Part shown: positions 11,300 through 22,076 of the stretch, in pieces
Layout: each line of letters starts with the position of its first letter
How positions within the stretch are numbered: the stretch's first letter is position 1
Assembly (NCBI RefSeq): GCF_018350175.1
Contig: NC_058368.1
Span: 77,440,001-77,504,000, forward strand
Reading direction: 5' to 3'
DNA length: 64,000 bases
DNA from: Felis catus
Taxonomy: Eukaryota
The notes under the pieces: model-generated
Told to the model about the DNA's origin: nothing
Database searches by the model: none
The model's input: the letters and a program-made list of their open reading frames with translations, nothing else
Made by a program: the position numbers and the translations under genes

Positions 11300-11580
11300 A
11301 ACTCATAGACCTTACTCTCATTTATCTTCAAGGTCAGCTTTCCTGACATTGCCTGTGTGAAGTCTATACTCTCTCCTGGGCTGCTAGTGTATTCTGTGGA
11401 ACTCTTCAATTGTTATCTGTCCTTTTCACCGTAATTGCTAGTTTTATGTCAATTTCCTTATTCATGTGTCACCTTAAAAGCAGGAACTATGTATTTCAGC
11501 TTTGTGTTCCCACTATGTAAGAATGCCTGAACAAAACAGATACTTAACAAGCACTTATTACATGAATAAACTCAATACAT
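11300..11580 (+). mobile_element. L2 3' fragment
   Basis: GCAGGAACTATGT...TGTGTTCCC...AATGCCTGAACA...ACTTAACAAGCACTTATTACATGAATAAA. Confidence 0.55.
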
Positions 11581-12779
11581 ATTTGTTTAATTAAAAATCT
11601 ATTAAATAAGATATTATACACTGCAATCTTCAGTTTCTTTTAAAGAAATGACCAAGATATCCTTATAATGATGCTTACAATATTCATTTCTTCTTAGGCA
11701 TTCAAAGGTAAACTTCACCTTCTCCTAGATAGAATACGGAAAAAAAACTGAATTAATGAGGTCTGCATCTCCGACATTTTTATTGTATGATATTTTCTTT
11801 TTTCAAATAAGATACCTCACTAGTAGACTAATCATTTATTGAAGTATACATTTTCCAAATTATATTCTACAAAAAAGAGAGTTTATAGTTAAGATTATAA
11901 GAATAGAAATCTAAAGTTCATTTAGATCAACATTTTAGAAATAGTGAGAATATATATATTTGACAATTTCATCCAAACAAGAAGCTCTTCCAAATGTGTT
12001 CAGAAGCTAGTTTACTGATGTATAACTAAAGTCATTTCAGAAAGAATAAGGCAGTTCATTTAGGCCAATAAATGTACTATTCTGCTTGACTGATAAAATT
12101 CACACTTTCTTTCCCCCTTTTCCATCCTTTTATAGGATTTTTTCAGAGTTATACATGCATATATATTAATAATCAAATAATTCCACAAGATATTTAAAAA
12201 AAAAATTCTTCCACCTCCCCCAGCCCCAATTTTTCCTTCTCAGAGACAAATACTTGAGCCTCTTTCTGCTGTTTCTGTATTTAGCTACATTTCTGGAAAT
12301 AACCTGTTTTATGCTTTTCTTGATTTTTTTTATCTTTTTATCTTTATAGACCTCCCCCTAGGGCACGTGAGGATAAAATACTCATTTTTCAGCCCATATG
12401 CACCTCCCACTCTAAGTTCAGCATGCTTCCCTGTATTACGATGTTGTCAAAACAAGTCTTAACTCAGACATGCAGTCACCTGGAGATCTCCGTCCCTCGC
12501 CATTCTGGTTTTCCAAGAGCTAATCATTATCTAACAGTTTCCTACGTACTCGCGACTTCAACCCCAAATCCCTCCCAGTTGTTTCCGCAGAATGGGGATG
12601 GTCTATCAGCTTTATCTCCCGGAGTCTTTCACGATATGGACCTGTTGCTTTTATGCCTGGCGCACAGCCACCAGCCTGACAGCCTCAATCAACGACCCCC
12701 TGGGGACACCTGCAGCTTCTGTCCTGTGGCTCTCCTATTGAGGAATAGCTCCTATGTCCTTTCTGGGTTTGGTGGACCA

Positions 12780-13031
12780 AGGTAGTATCTTCGTAAGGAA
12801 AAGCTCCTGGGAGCAAATTTCTGAGATGCCGCATGCCTAAAAATGTGTTTATTCTACCTCATATTTAATTTCTTGTTTGGCTGAGCATGGAATTCTAGTT
12901 CAGAAATTCTCATCCTCCAGATTTCTTTCTGTGCATGACACCCATCTTCAGTTGTTGGGCTTCTGGGCCCCGCCTTTTAGTTTTATTTTATTTTTTAATG
13001 TTTATTTATTTTTGAGAGAGAGCGAGGGAGG

Positions 13032-13076
<45 letters not shown>

Positions 13077-13530
13077 GATCCCAAGCAGGCTGTTCACACT
13101 CAGTGCGGAGCCTGCTGTGGGGCTCGAACTCACGAACTGTGAGATCATGACCTGAGCCAAAGTCAGATGCTTAAGTCAGACCGCTTAACTGACTGAGCTA
13201 CCCAGGCACCCCTGGGCCCTGCCTTTGAATTCTCTTATTTCATTTCTCTTTATGCCACTGCATCTCTTTGCTCTACTTTCTGGAGGATTTGGGGACTTTC
13301 ATTGTGTAATGATATTATTGAGTTTTTTTTTTTTCTATCACATTTTAATTTCCAAGAGTTCTTTCACGTACTCCGAATGTTGTTGTTGTTTTGTTTTGAA
13401 CTGACTGGTCTCATTTTACAGTTGCAATATATTCTTTCATCATGGAGAGATTTGCAGAGCTTTTATTTGCCACGTTTTATTTCCTCCCTGCAGGGGCCCT
13501 GTTTTCTTCAAGTCGTTTTTTTCTTCTTGG
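12780..13530 (-). mobile_element. Ancient L1 (L1M/L1ME-like) fragment interrupted by a SINE
   Basis: T-rich; AAAATGTGTTTATTCTACCTCATATTT...TTTGGCTGAGCATGGAATTCTAG resembles old antisense L1. Confidence 0.5.
12978..13211 (-). mobile_element. Can-SINE
   Basis: Full body; TSD CTGGGCCCYGCCTTT. Confidence 0.93.
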
Positions 13531-14404
13531 TTTGTTCATCTCTTATTTTTTACGCGAGAAGCCTGTGCGTTCTGGATCCAATGTCTGCAGGGGAAAGTAT
13601 TGCAATGGAGCACCTAAGCAAGGTTGTGAGTGGCCTGGGAAGGGGACCTGCCTGAACTGTTTACATGGAGAAGTTTGTACATTTCTTTGGATCAGATTTC
13701 CCAGGAAACATGCGGCCTATTTGTCCAGGAGAGCAAAAGCTCTTTGAACCTTATCCATCCTTCCATCGTTTCGGATTTATGCCTAAAAACAATTTCTATT
13801 CTGTTGGGTCTGCCTAGAAAACATCACTGTGCTTTTCTGTATCTCGTTCTGCTCTGTTCCATCTCTGATTCATTCCCCCAGCTAGAATAATACTGGCAGA
13901 AACCGTCTCTCGGCCCCTGGGCATCTGCCTTCGATCATCAGGGCATCTGTGAAGGGCCATTCCAGCTCCAGATACTGTCCCTCTGAGAATCCTGCTTCCC
14001 TGACCCCCTGGCAGGTGCACTTCCGGGATCAACCACCTGCTTCCTGGGAAACAGACATGCTTCCTGGGAAACCTACCCCCAGCGGCTGAGTCTAACACAT
14101 CATTCAAGGGACTACCAGAACTTATTTCCAGATGAAAAGAATTCATTTCTCATGCAATAATTTCATTGCACAAATGAAATTCATTGCACGTTATATATAT
14201 TAGATGAAGGAAATGAATTTCATTGCACACTATATATATTAGAAAGGGAAAAGGTTACGAAAGGGAAAAGGGAAATTTTCAGTGAATGAAATGTTCTGAT
14301 ACATTTTGCTTACAAAATACTCTATTTGAAATCTCTAACGAATCATTAGCTGCCATTTGGCATTAAGTAATAATAATAATAATAACAGGAATTACTATTC
14401 TATC

Positions 14405-14518
14405 TTATAGTACCAGCCTCATAGATTTTTTTTTTTTTGGAGAATTAAATAATATACACAAATTGCTTAGAATGGTGCCTGCAAATAGTAAAATCTCACA
14501 TAATAATTATTGCTATTG
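14405..14518 (+). mobile_element. MIR fragment
   Basis: CCTCATAG...GAGAATTAAATAATATACAC...GCTTAGAATGGTGCCTG...ATAGTAA. Confidence 0.6.
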
Positions 14519-14557
14519 TAAGTTGGGACAAAGAATAGAATCAGATTTATTATGGTC

Positions 14558-15032
14558 GGGGGGAGACGCCTGGGTGGCTCAGTCGGTTAAGTGTCTGACT
14601 TTGGCTCAGGTCATGATCTCATAGTTCATGGATTTAAGTCCCACATTAGGTTCTGTGCTGACAGCTCAGAGTCTGGAGCCTGCCTCCCATTCTGTGTCTC
14701 CCTCTCTCTCTGCCCCTCCCCTGCTCACGTTCTGTCTCCCTCCCTCTCTCTCTCTCTCTCTGTCTCTCAAAAATAAACATTAACAAATTTTCAAAAGGTT
14801 AAGGGCACCTGGGTGGCTCAGTCGGTTGAGCGTCTGACTTTGGCTCAGGTCATGAGCTCACAGCTCCTGAGTTTGAGCCCCGCGTCGGGCTCCGTGCTGA
14901 CAGCTCAGAGCCTGGAGCCTGCTTCGGATTCTGTGTCTCCCTCTTTCTCTGCCCCTAACCCACTCGCATTCTGTCTCTGTCTCTCTCAAAAATAAACATT
15001 AAAACAAAATTTTAAAAAAAGATTAAAAAAAG
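14558..15032 (+). mobile_element. Two tandem Can-SINEs (second inserted in tail of first)
   Basis: Heads at ~14560 and ~14802; outer TSD ATTTATTATG; inner AAAAG(G/A)TTAA. Confidence 0.92.
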
Positions 15033-16269
15033 AATTTATTATGAGAAAAGACTTTAAAAAACATCCAATTCAAATTCTTTTTCTGTTTTCAGTTGGTCTG
15101 AACCACTCATGGAAGACCCTTATTTTTAACAGCTCAAAACAATTATTCTAGTGTAGTCAATACAAATATTATCTAAGTACAGGAATGTCAGATGTTCTAC
15201 GGAAATGGTTAAAATAAACACATGAAAATATTTAAATATAATCCTTCATTATCTCAGTAATTTACCTTTCACCACCTTTAAGTTTGGAAATATATGACTA
15301 TTAAGATATCTGAACAAGTAATATGCTTAATATTTTTCTGAATGCAAAAGTTTAAGAAACAGTAAAGTAAAAAGAAGGGGGAAATCACCCCAAATCTGAC
15401 TTCATTAGGATGAATGAAGAAACAAGAAGAAACTGCTGCATTTGTTTTCCCAAATGGTTATTCATACAGACACATATATTCACACGTAAGTGTGCATGTA
15501 ATTTATAGATCTCACATGTGAGTAAGATTCTATTCAGCATGTGTGACTGCACATAGTTAATCTTTATTTGGTTTGGTAGGAGTGATTTTAAACTTTGTGT
15601 ATTACTAAGTGAGATTATATATGTAATATACACACAATATATATGTGTATTCTAGATACACAATTACGGAGTTTTAGAAACTCTAGTTTGGAATCTAAAA
15701 AACTTTCTGGATACCAGCTTTTCTTCAAGGTAATTTGTATGATTTTACAGTTTCTTTTATGGCTATCAATCTGTGAGGGTTTTTTGTCAAGTCTGATCAT
15801 TCACATTTCTCTAAAAATAGCTTGTCTTATTGATAGTTTTACATGTATTAATGCAGAGTTATGCATATTTTAAGACTAGGCTTCTATATCTTCTTTATTG
15901 TTAATACTCTATTTCATCTTTTTTTTTTTTTTGTCCCTGATAAGACTTGAAAGATTTCTTTTGCCCACTTTCCTTTGCATGATCAGAGATACAGGTCTTG
16001 AAATAATGGATATGTTCTGATATTCTGTTTGCTAATGCATCAATTTCTTATGTTATTTCCTTTTTCATCCTTTGTTCAATCTTCTTTTATTACCCCCTTC
16101 TAACCATATTGAATTCAATGCTACTTTACTCGTTCGAATTCATGTTTTTCCTTAATAAGTTAGTTATTGCTTTAAATTTTCCTCTGAGAATAGCTTCAGC
16201 CAATTCTTTCATGTTTTAATTTGCCGCGATTTTACATTTTCTGTAACCGTAATGTACATTTCCTTTTAT

Positions 16270-16493
16270 TTTTTTTTTTTAAATTTTTTTAACGTTTATT
16301 TATTTTTGAGACAGAGAGAGACAGAGCATGAACGGGGAAGGGGCAGAGAGAGAGGGAGACACAGAATCGGAAGCAGGCTCCAGGCTCCGAGCCATCAGCC
16401 CAGAGCCCGACGCGGGGCTCGAACTCACGGACCCCGAGATCGTGACCTGAGCCGAAGTCAGACGCTTAACAGGCTGAGTCCCCCAGGCGCCCC
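16270..16493 (-). mobile_element. Young Can-SINE (SINEC_Fc)
   Basis: CpG-rich body; TSD ACATTTCCTTTTAT. Confidence 0.95.
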
Positions 16494-16647
16494 AACATTT
16501 CCTTTTATATCTAAGTGACTTAAAAGAGTGTTTTATGGCTTTTTAAAAATGTCAGCTGATACTTTTCAAAACTAATTTTGTCACTAACTTCAAGTTTTAT
16601 TTACCTTAGTTTCAAGAACGTGGCCTTTTAAAAAAGTTCTTTTCCTC

Positions 16648-16852
16648 AGAGAGCTGGGTGGCTCAGACGGTTCAGCATAAGACTCTTGATTTCCACTCAG
16701 GTTATGACCCATGAGTGCCCGACATCCAGCCCAGCCTCAGGCCATGTGCTGACAGTGCAGAGCCTGCTTGGGATTCTCTCTCTCCCTCTCTGTCCCTCCC
16801 CCCTCACTTTTGTGCACCCTTTCTGCCTCTCACAAAATAAATACATATACTT
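16648..16852 (+). mobile_element. Older Can-SINE
   Basis: Diverged CTGGGTGGCTCAG head, GCCTGCTTGGGATTCTCTCTC body, AAAATAAATA tail. Confidence 0.85.
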
Positions 16853-17771
16853 AAGAAATTTGATTTTCTCTCATTATTTTCTTTGTGGTTTTTCTTTGTG
16901 TTATGTAAAACTATTATCTTGCTATTTTTTGCAAATATTAACATTGCTAACAATGCTTAGTCTCTCTGTTTATATATTTTTTGCCTATTAGAACGTCACC
17001 CACCGAGAAATGTGTCTTCTACAACTGTTTCTAACGATTTTGCTTTTTATACATTTGGCTATTATGTCAGCCACAGACATATGTATGTCAGGTACAGAAA
17101 ATTCATAAATCTTCACATTTTTCACTAGACATTTAGTATAAATCATGAAAACATGACACTTTGTTCGTTTATTTTTGGTGAAGTTTTATTGTTGTTTATA
17201 TTCCTCTTGTCGTATAGAGCATATTTTGTCTGGTATTAATGTAAACTCCATGCGTATTAGCATCCATGCAGATACATCATCTGATATACCTTTGTCCATT
17301 ATTTTAATTTTTCTTGGTCTCTTTATATTTTCTCTCTACTGTGTTCTACATGTAAGTTTCACAATGAAAAGGGGAGTTTAACCCATTTACGTTTATTGTC
17401 GTATCTACACTGCTTGGTCTTGCTTTTATCATCATATAATAATATTTCCAAACATTTAAAATTGTTTCTTTACCACTCCCTTTGCTTTCTGTAACTTTCT
17501 GTGTGAGCATATTTAAATGCTGTTTTTTTCATAATTTGTTAAATGCTGGCTGTTATTAATTCTACTTGAACTTGAGCTTTTAAAAAACCATACACACTCG
17601 AACTTAGATTTGTCTAATTACCAGTATCACTGATAAGGAGGTTAACAAAATTTTGTTTCTTCCATCTCTTCATTCTGTATCATTTTTTGGCTACCATCAG
17701 ATGTCTTAAACTCAGTTATTGTCAAATTACTCATATTTTATATCTTCTCATCTAGTAACTATTATTTAAAA

Positions 17772-17794
17772 AGTTTTTTTAATGTTTATTTATT

Positions 17795-17832
<38 letters not shown>

Positions 17833-17981
17833 GGAAAGGCAGAGAGAGAGGGAGACACAGAATCTGAAGCCGGCCCCTGGCTCTGAGCTGTCAGCGCAGA
17901 GCCCAACGTGGGGCTCAAACTTACGAGCCATGACCTGAACTGAAGTCGGTCGCTCAACCCACTGAGCCACCCAGGTATCCC
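17772..17981 (-). mobile_element. Can-SINE
   Basis: Full body with (GA)n. Confidence 0.93.
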
Positions 17982-18226
17982 TCACGTAGTAATTATTAAT
18001 AACGTTTGCATATTGCTTTATATCTATCTTATTCAGGGATTATGTGGTGGCAATTAGGAGAAACCCAGAGGAGCTAATTTGGATGAAAAAACGAAAAGAA
18101 CAAGAACAGGTGGCGGGAGTAATACTGGAAAAATTCAAGCCTATTTCATGAACTGCAAGGCCGAGAGCACACCAGGCAGCATGAAGGACAAATCACGGGA
18201 TTACTGTGGCCATCAGAGAGGGACGT

Positions 18227-18245
18227 GCCCTCCCCCTGGTGGAGG
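18227..18245 (-). promoter_or_regulatory. CTCF motif (reverse orientation)
   Basis: Reverse complement reads CCTCCACCAGGGGGAGGGC. Confidence 0.45.
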
Positions 18246-19152
18246 TGAGCACTGTAACCCGTATGCCTGGATTTCCCCCTGCACACCTCCCCCGCAGGCG
18301 GGCTGGGCTGCCTTTTCATGCATGTGGTCACACAGGACTCCAGCATTTTGTTCTCTCAGTCAGTGCCGTTGGAGAGTGACAGGGATTGTGGGGTTCTCGT
18401 GACACACTCCTGGGGAGGCAGATCCACGGGACTTGTTTCTCTCATCCGCGCGGGACCAACCAGCCACACGCTAGAGATTCCCGCAGAACAGACGCAGCCT
18501 TGGATGCCGGTCCAGTCTTTTTGAAAGAGAAATGTGACGTCCAGTGGTCAAAGACATATTTTCCCCTGGAGCCTGTGGGATATTGCCTTCATCCTCAGAA
18601 CTCGGGACTGTTTGGAATTTAATCTAATTTCTGAAATTTTGCCAGAATAGAGAGAATCGCTTTCACCTGCCCATAGGATTGTCCTCAAGCTCAGGCCAGA
18701 TATTTCCTGTCATTTCTTTGTTTCTTTTCTCAGTTTTATGTTTTGTATGTTTTCAACCTATCACATCCCCTGTCTCCATTTCTATACCACAGGTCTCCAC
18801 CTTGGACCTGGCCCCTACATTCTTCATGCTTGTCCCTCCCTCTTGTTTATTCCGATTTCTAGATGGTTGATGCAATACATCTAGCATGTATTTGCAAGTT
18901 TTCTTTGCTGCCCTACAATATTTCCTTTTTAAAATCTAAGCCCAGTGTTACGGTTGCCTGCTTCCCAGCCCAATTCCCTTTCCACTCCTCTCCTCTTGTC
19001 TTAAAGTTTCCGTATGTTCTTGAAGGTTATTGAGTAGATGCTGTGTAAAATGACTCTGGGGTAACTTTTCTCCAATACGTGCTGTAGCATTCTGCTTCTC
19101 AACTTCCTGCTGTCATGTAAAGCATATTTTATGAGATTCCATATTTTGTTTT

Positions 19153-19592
19153 CTGTGTGACAAAGGTTGAACCAAGTCCCCCGCAGAGATATTAAAGACC
19201 TAGAACCTAGTACCACAGAATGTGACCTGATTCAGAGAGAGGATCTTCAGAGACTTAATCAAGAGGAGGTCACTACGGGATACCTAATCCAATATGATCT
19301 GTATCCATATATTAAAAATTAAAAGAAAAAGGAAATTGGACACTGAGACAGATATGGACAGAGGGAACATTGTGAACAGACACAGGGAGTAGGTCGGGTG
19401 GACAAGTGATGTATCTATGAGCCAAGGAATACCAAAGTCGCCGGCAAACCCCCAGAAGCTAGGTAACAAGTGTGGAACAGACTGTCCCTCGCATCCCTCA
19501 GAAGGAACCAACCTTCCCAACACCTTGATCTCAGATGTCCAGCCTCCAAAATTGTGACACATTTTTCTTACAACAGCCCTGGGAAATAATAT
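19153..19592 (+). mobile_element. MaLR solo LTR (MLT1B/C-like)
   Basis: Hallmarks GAATGTGACCT, CCTAATCCAATATGA, GCCAAGGAA...CCAGAAGCTAGG, CCTCAGAAGGAACCAACC, CAGCCTCCAAAATTGTGA. Confidence 0.85.
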
Positions 19593-20427
19593 TCTGTATA
19601 TTTCTCTTTTAACAGTGATGTGTCAAAACAGCTCGAGTGACTTTATTACTTACTTGGTTTGACATCTCAACCACCCCCCCCCACCCCCACTCCCACCAAG
19701 GATGGTTAGAAGTGCAGCTAGGGATCCAGCGCTCTGGGTAGCCCTTCCCAAGTTAGTTTCATTCACCTGAATCTTTTCTGTGCTGTATTACGATACCCGT
19801 GTGACCCACACCTCTTCTACCGACCCTCTCGTGCTGCACTGGAGAGGAAGCCCATGCTTTGCCTTGGGGACCCTGCACAGCCGTCGAGAACGTCTCTGGT
19901 CAGCCGGCCCTGACCGCAGGAAGTCTGGGAGAATGCTTGCCAGCTCTCTCTCAACTCGCCCTTATCCGTAAACCATTTTCCTCCAAGCGAGTACTTGTGG
20001 GGTCACAGGTCTCAATTCTTGCAGGGGAGCCCCCGGCATGCTCTAATGTGACCTGATTTCCATTCTTCTTGAAGAAATGGCTCAGTCTCTTGCACGTGGA
20101 TGGGCCCTTTCTGATGACCTGGAGTTTTCACGTTCCTTTGGTTATTTTACTGGAGTCAGAAGTGGGACAGTCGGATGCTTCTGTTTACTTGGCCACTTAC
20201 TGTCTGCTCTTCCCCCACTCCCCCAATAGGAAGTGTTAAAGGTAGTAAGGATAAGACCACACGATAACCTTTTACTAATACCCACCTAAGAGAGTTTATC
20301 TGGAATGCATTTTCATAACAAAAAAATAAATATTTTGGAAATAAACTGGCAATAATGGCAATGAGAAAATTATTACATGTGCATGGAAATAAAAATGCTC
20401 GAATAACATCACAAAGCAAACATTACA

Positions 20428-20882
20428 TTTTTTAAACATTTTTTTTTTTAATTTTTTTTTTTCAACGTTTATTTATTTTTGGGACAGAGAGAGACAGAGC
20501 ATGAACGGGGGAGGGGCAGAGAGAGAGGGAGACACAGAATCGGAAACAGGCTCCAGGCTCTGAGCCATCAGCCCAGAGCCCGACGCGGGGCTCGAACTCC
20601 CGGACCGCGAGATCGTGACCTGGCTGAAGTCGGACGCTTAACCGACTGCGCCACCCAGGCGCCCCTTAAACATTTTTTAAAAATGTTTTTATTTATTTTT
20701 GAGACAGAGAGACAGAGCATGAGCAGGGGAGGGGCAGAGAGAGAGGGAGACTCAGAATCCGAAGCAGGTTCCAGGCTCTGAGCTGTCAGCACAGAGCTCG
20801 ACGCGGGCCTCGAACTCATGGACTGAGATCATGACCTGAGCCGAAGTCGGACGCTTAACCGACTGAGCCACCCGGGGTCCCC
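20428..20882 (-). mobile_element. Nested Can-SINEs (young copy 20441-20665 in tail of copy 20679-20882)
   Basis: Two SINE bodies; TSD TTAAACATTTTTT around the young copy. Confidence 0.93.
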
Positions 20883-21689
20883 AAAACATCATTACCTTTC
20901 TTTCTCTTTGATCCTAATACTCTTCTCCAGGGATAAACACTTTGGATGGATTCTGTTTCCACATTTTTGTTTGCTTTTATGTTGGGAGTGATTATCTTCA
21001 GAAGTCTACACAAAAAATCCCTTCACCTATATCTTAATCCAGTGATTTAGACCCACTAAGAAAGCTGTATCACTATAGTTCTTTCCTCCCCCAGTGATCC
21101 CTACATGTGGCCAATCACTGCTTTTCTCTAAAAATACAATGACATTTCCCTATGTGTTTGTGCTCTGTATGCTAAGAGCACACAGAGCTCTTCAATATTC
21201 AATATTTTGAATATTGAAAGTAAAATAAAGTACATCCTTAGCATTCGTTTAATCCCACTTCATTACAGTATTACTGAAGATAGTTTAAACATCAGGCAAA
21301 ACAGATTCTCACTTTTATGCTTCATCAATTCATAAAAATCATGAAAATTTTAGATAGCTTTGTATGTGGCTTGTGATTCTCTTGCACATTTTTTCCCGAG
21401 TTCCAATTGTCTTTCATGTTTCATATAGTCAGGAAAATATTCTACATTCTTTCCTGTATCGCTAACTCATCCAGCCTCATAATCATACCCGTCTCGATGT
21501 TCTAATACAAACTTTTTTAAAAAATTTTTTGTGGCACAGATATCATCTTACCATTTATTTTTCACTATACCACCCGCATTAAGATCCTACATTATCTTCT
21601 TTGCTGTGCCCTTGTTTCACTAGAGTAAAACTTCAATTTATGTTTCGGCTAGCACATGCGGAAGGTGAACTTTCATGAGTACCCATATT

Positions 21690-21912
21690 TTTAAAAAATG
21701 TTTTTAAGTTTATTTATTTTGAGAGAGAGACTGAGCGAGCAGGGGGAGGGATGGAGAGAGAGAGGGAAAGAGAGAGAGAGAGAATTCTCAAGCAGGCTCC
21801 ACACTGTCAGCACAGAACCCAACAAGGGGCTCAAACCCATGAACTGTGAGATCACGACCTGAGCTGAAACCAAGAGCCAGACGCTTAACTGACGGAGGCA
21901 CCCAGGTGCCCC
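21690..21912 (-). mobile_element. Can-SINE
   Basis: Full body; imperfect TSD CATG(A/C)GTAC(C/A)CATATTT. Confidence 0.92.
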
Positions 21913-21929
21913 CATGCGTACACATATTT

Positions 21930-22076
21930 AATTTAAACAAATAAACTTCATTGTCGCATTTTGAAAGGTAGTTTCTCGGGTACAGATCCTAGATTCATAA
22001 TCTTTGTCTTCTAATAACAGGAGGCATTACTTCACTGTATCTTAGCGCCCAGCGCTGTGGTGGAAATTCTAACTGT
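21930..22076 (-). mobile_element. Ancient L1 fragment, apparently resuming at ~24650-24820 after the MaLR insertion
   Basis: TTTTGAAAGGTAGTTTCTCGGGTACAGATCCTAG, L1ME-like. Confidence 0.45.

Larger units (their letters stand above)
15600..17770 (-). mobile_element. Degraded ancient L1 fragments
   Basis: Long T-rich tract with L1-like motifs (TTTAAATTTTCCTCTGAGAATAGCTTCAGC; GAGTTTAACCCATTTACGTTTATTG). Confidence 0.45.
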
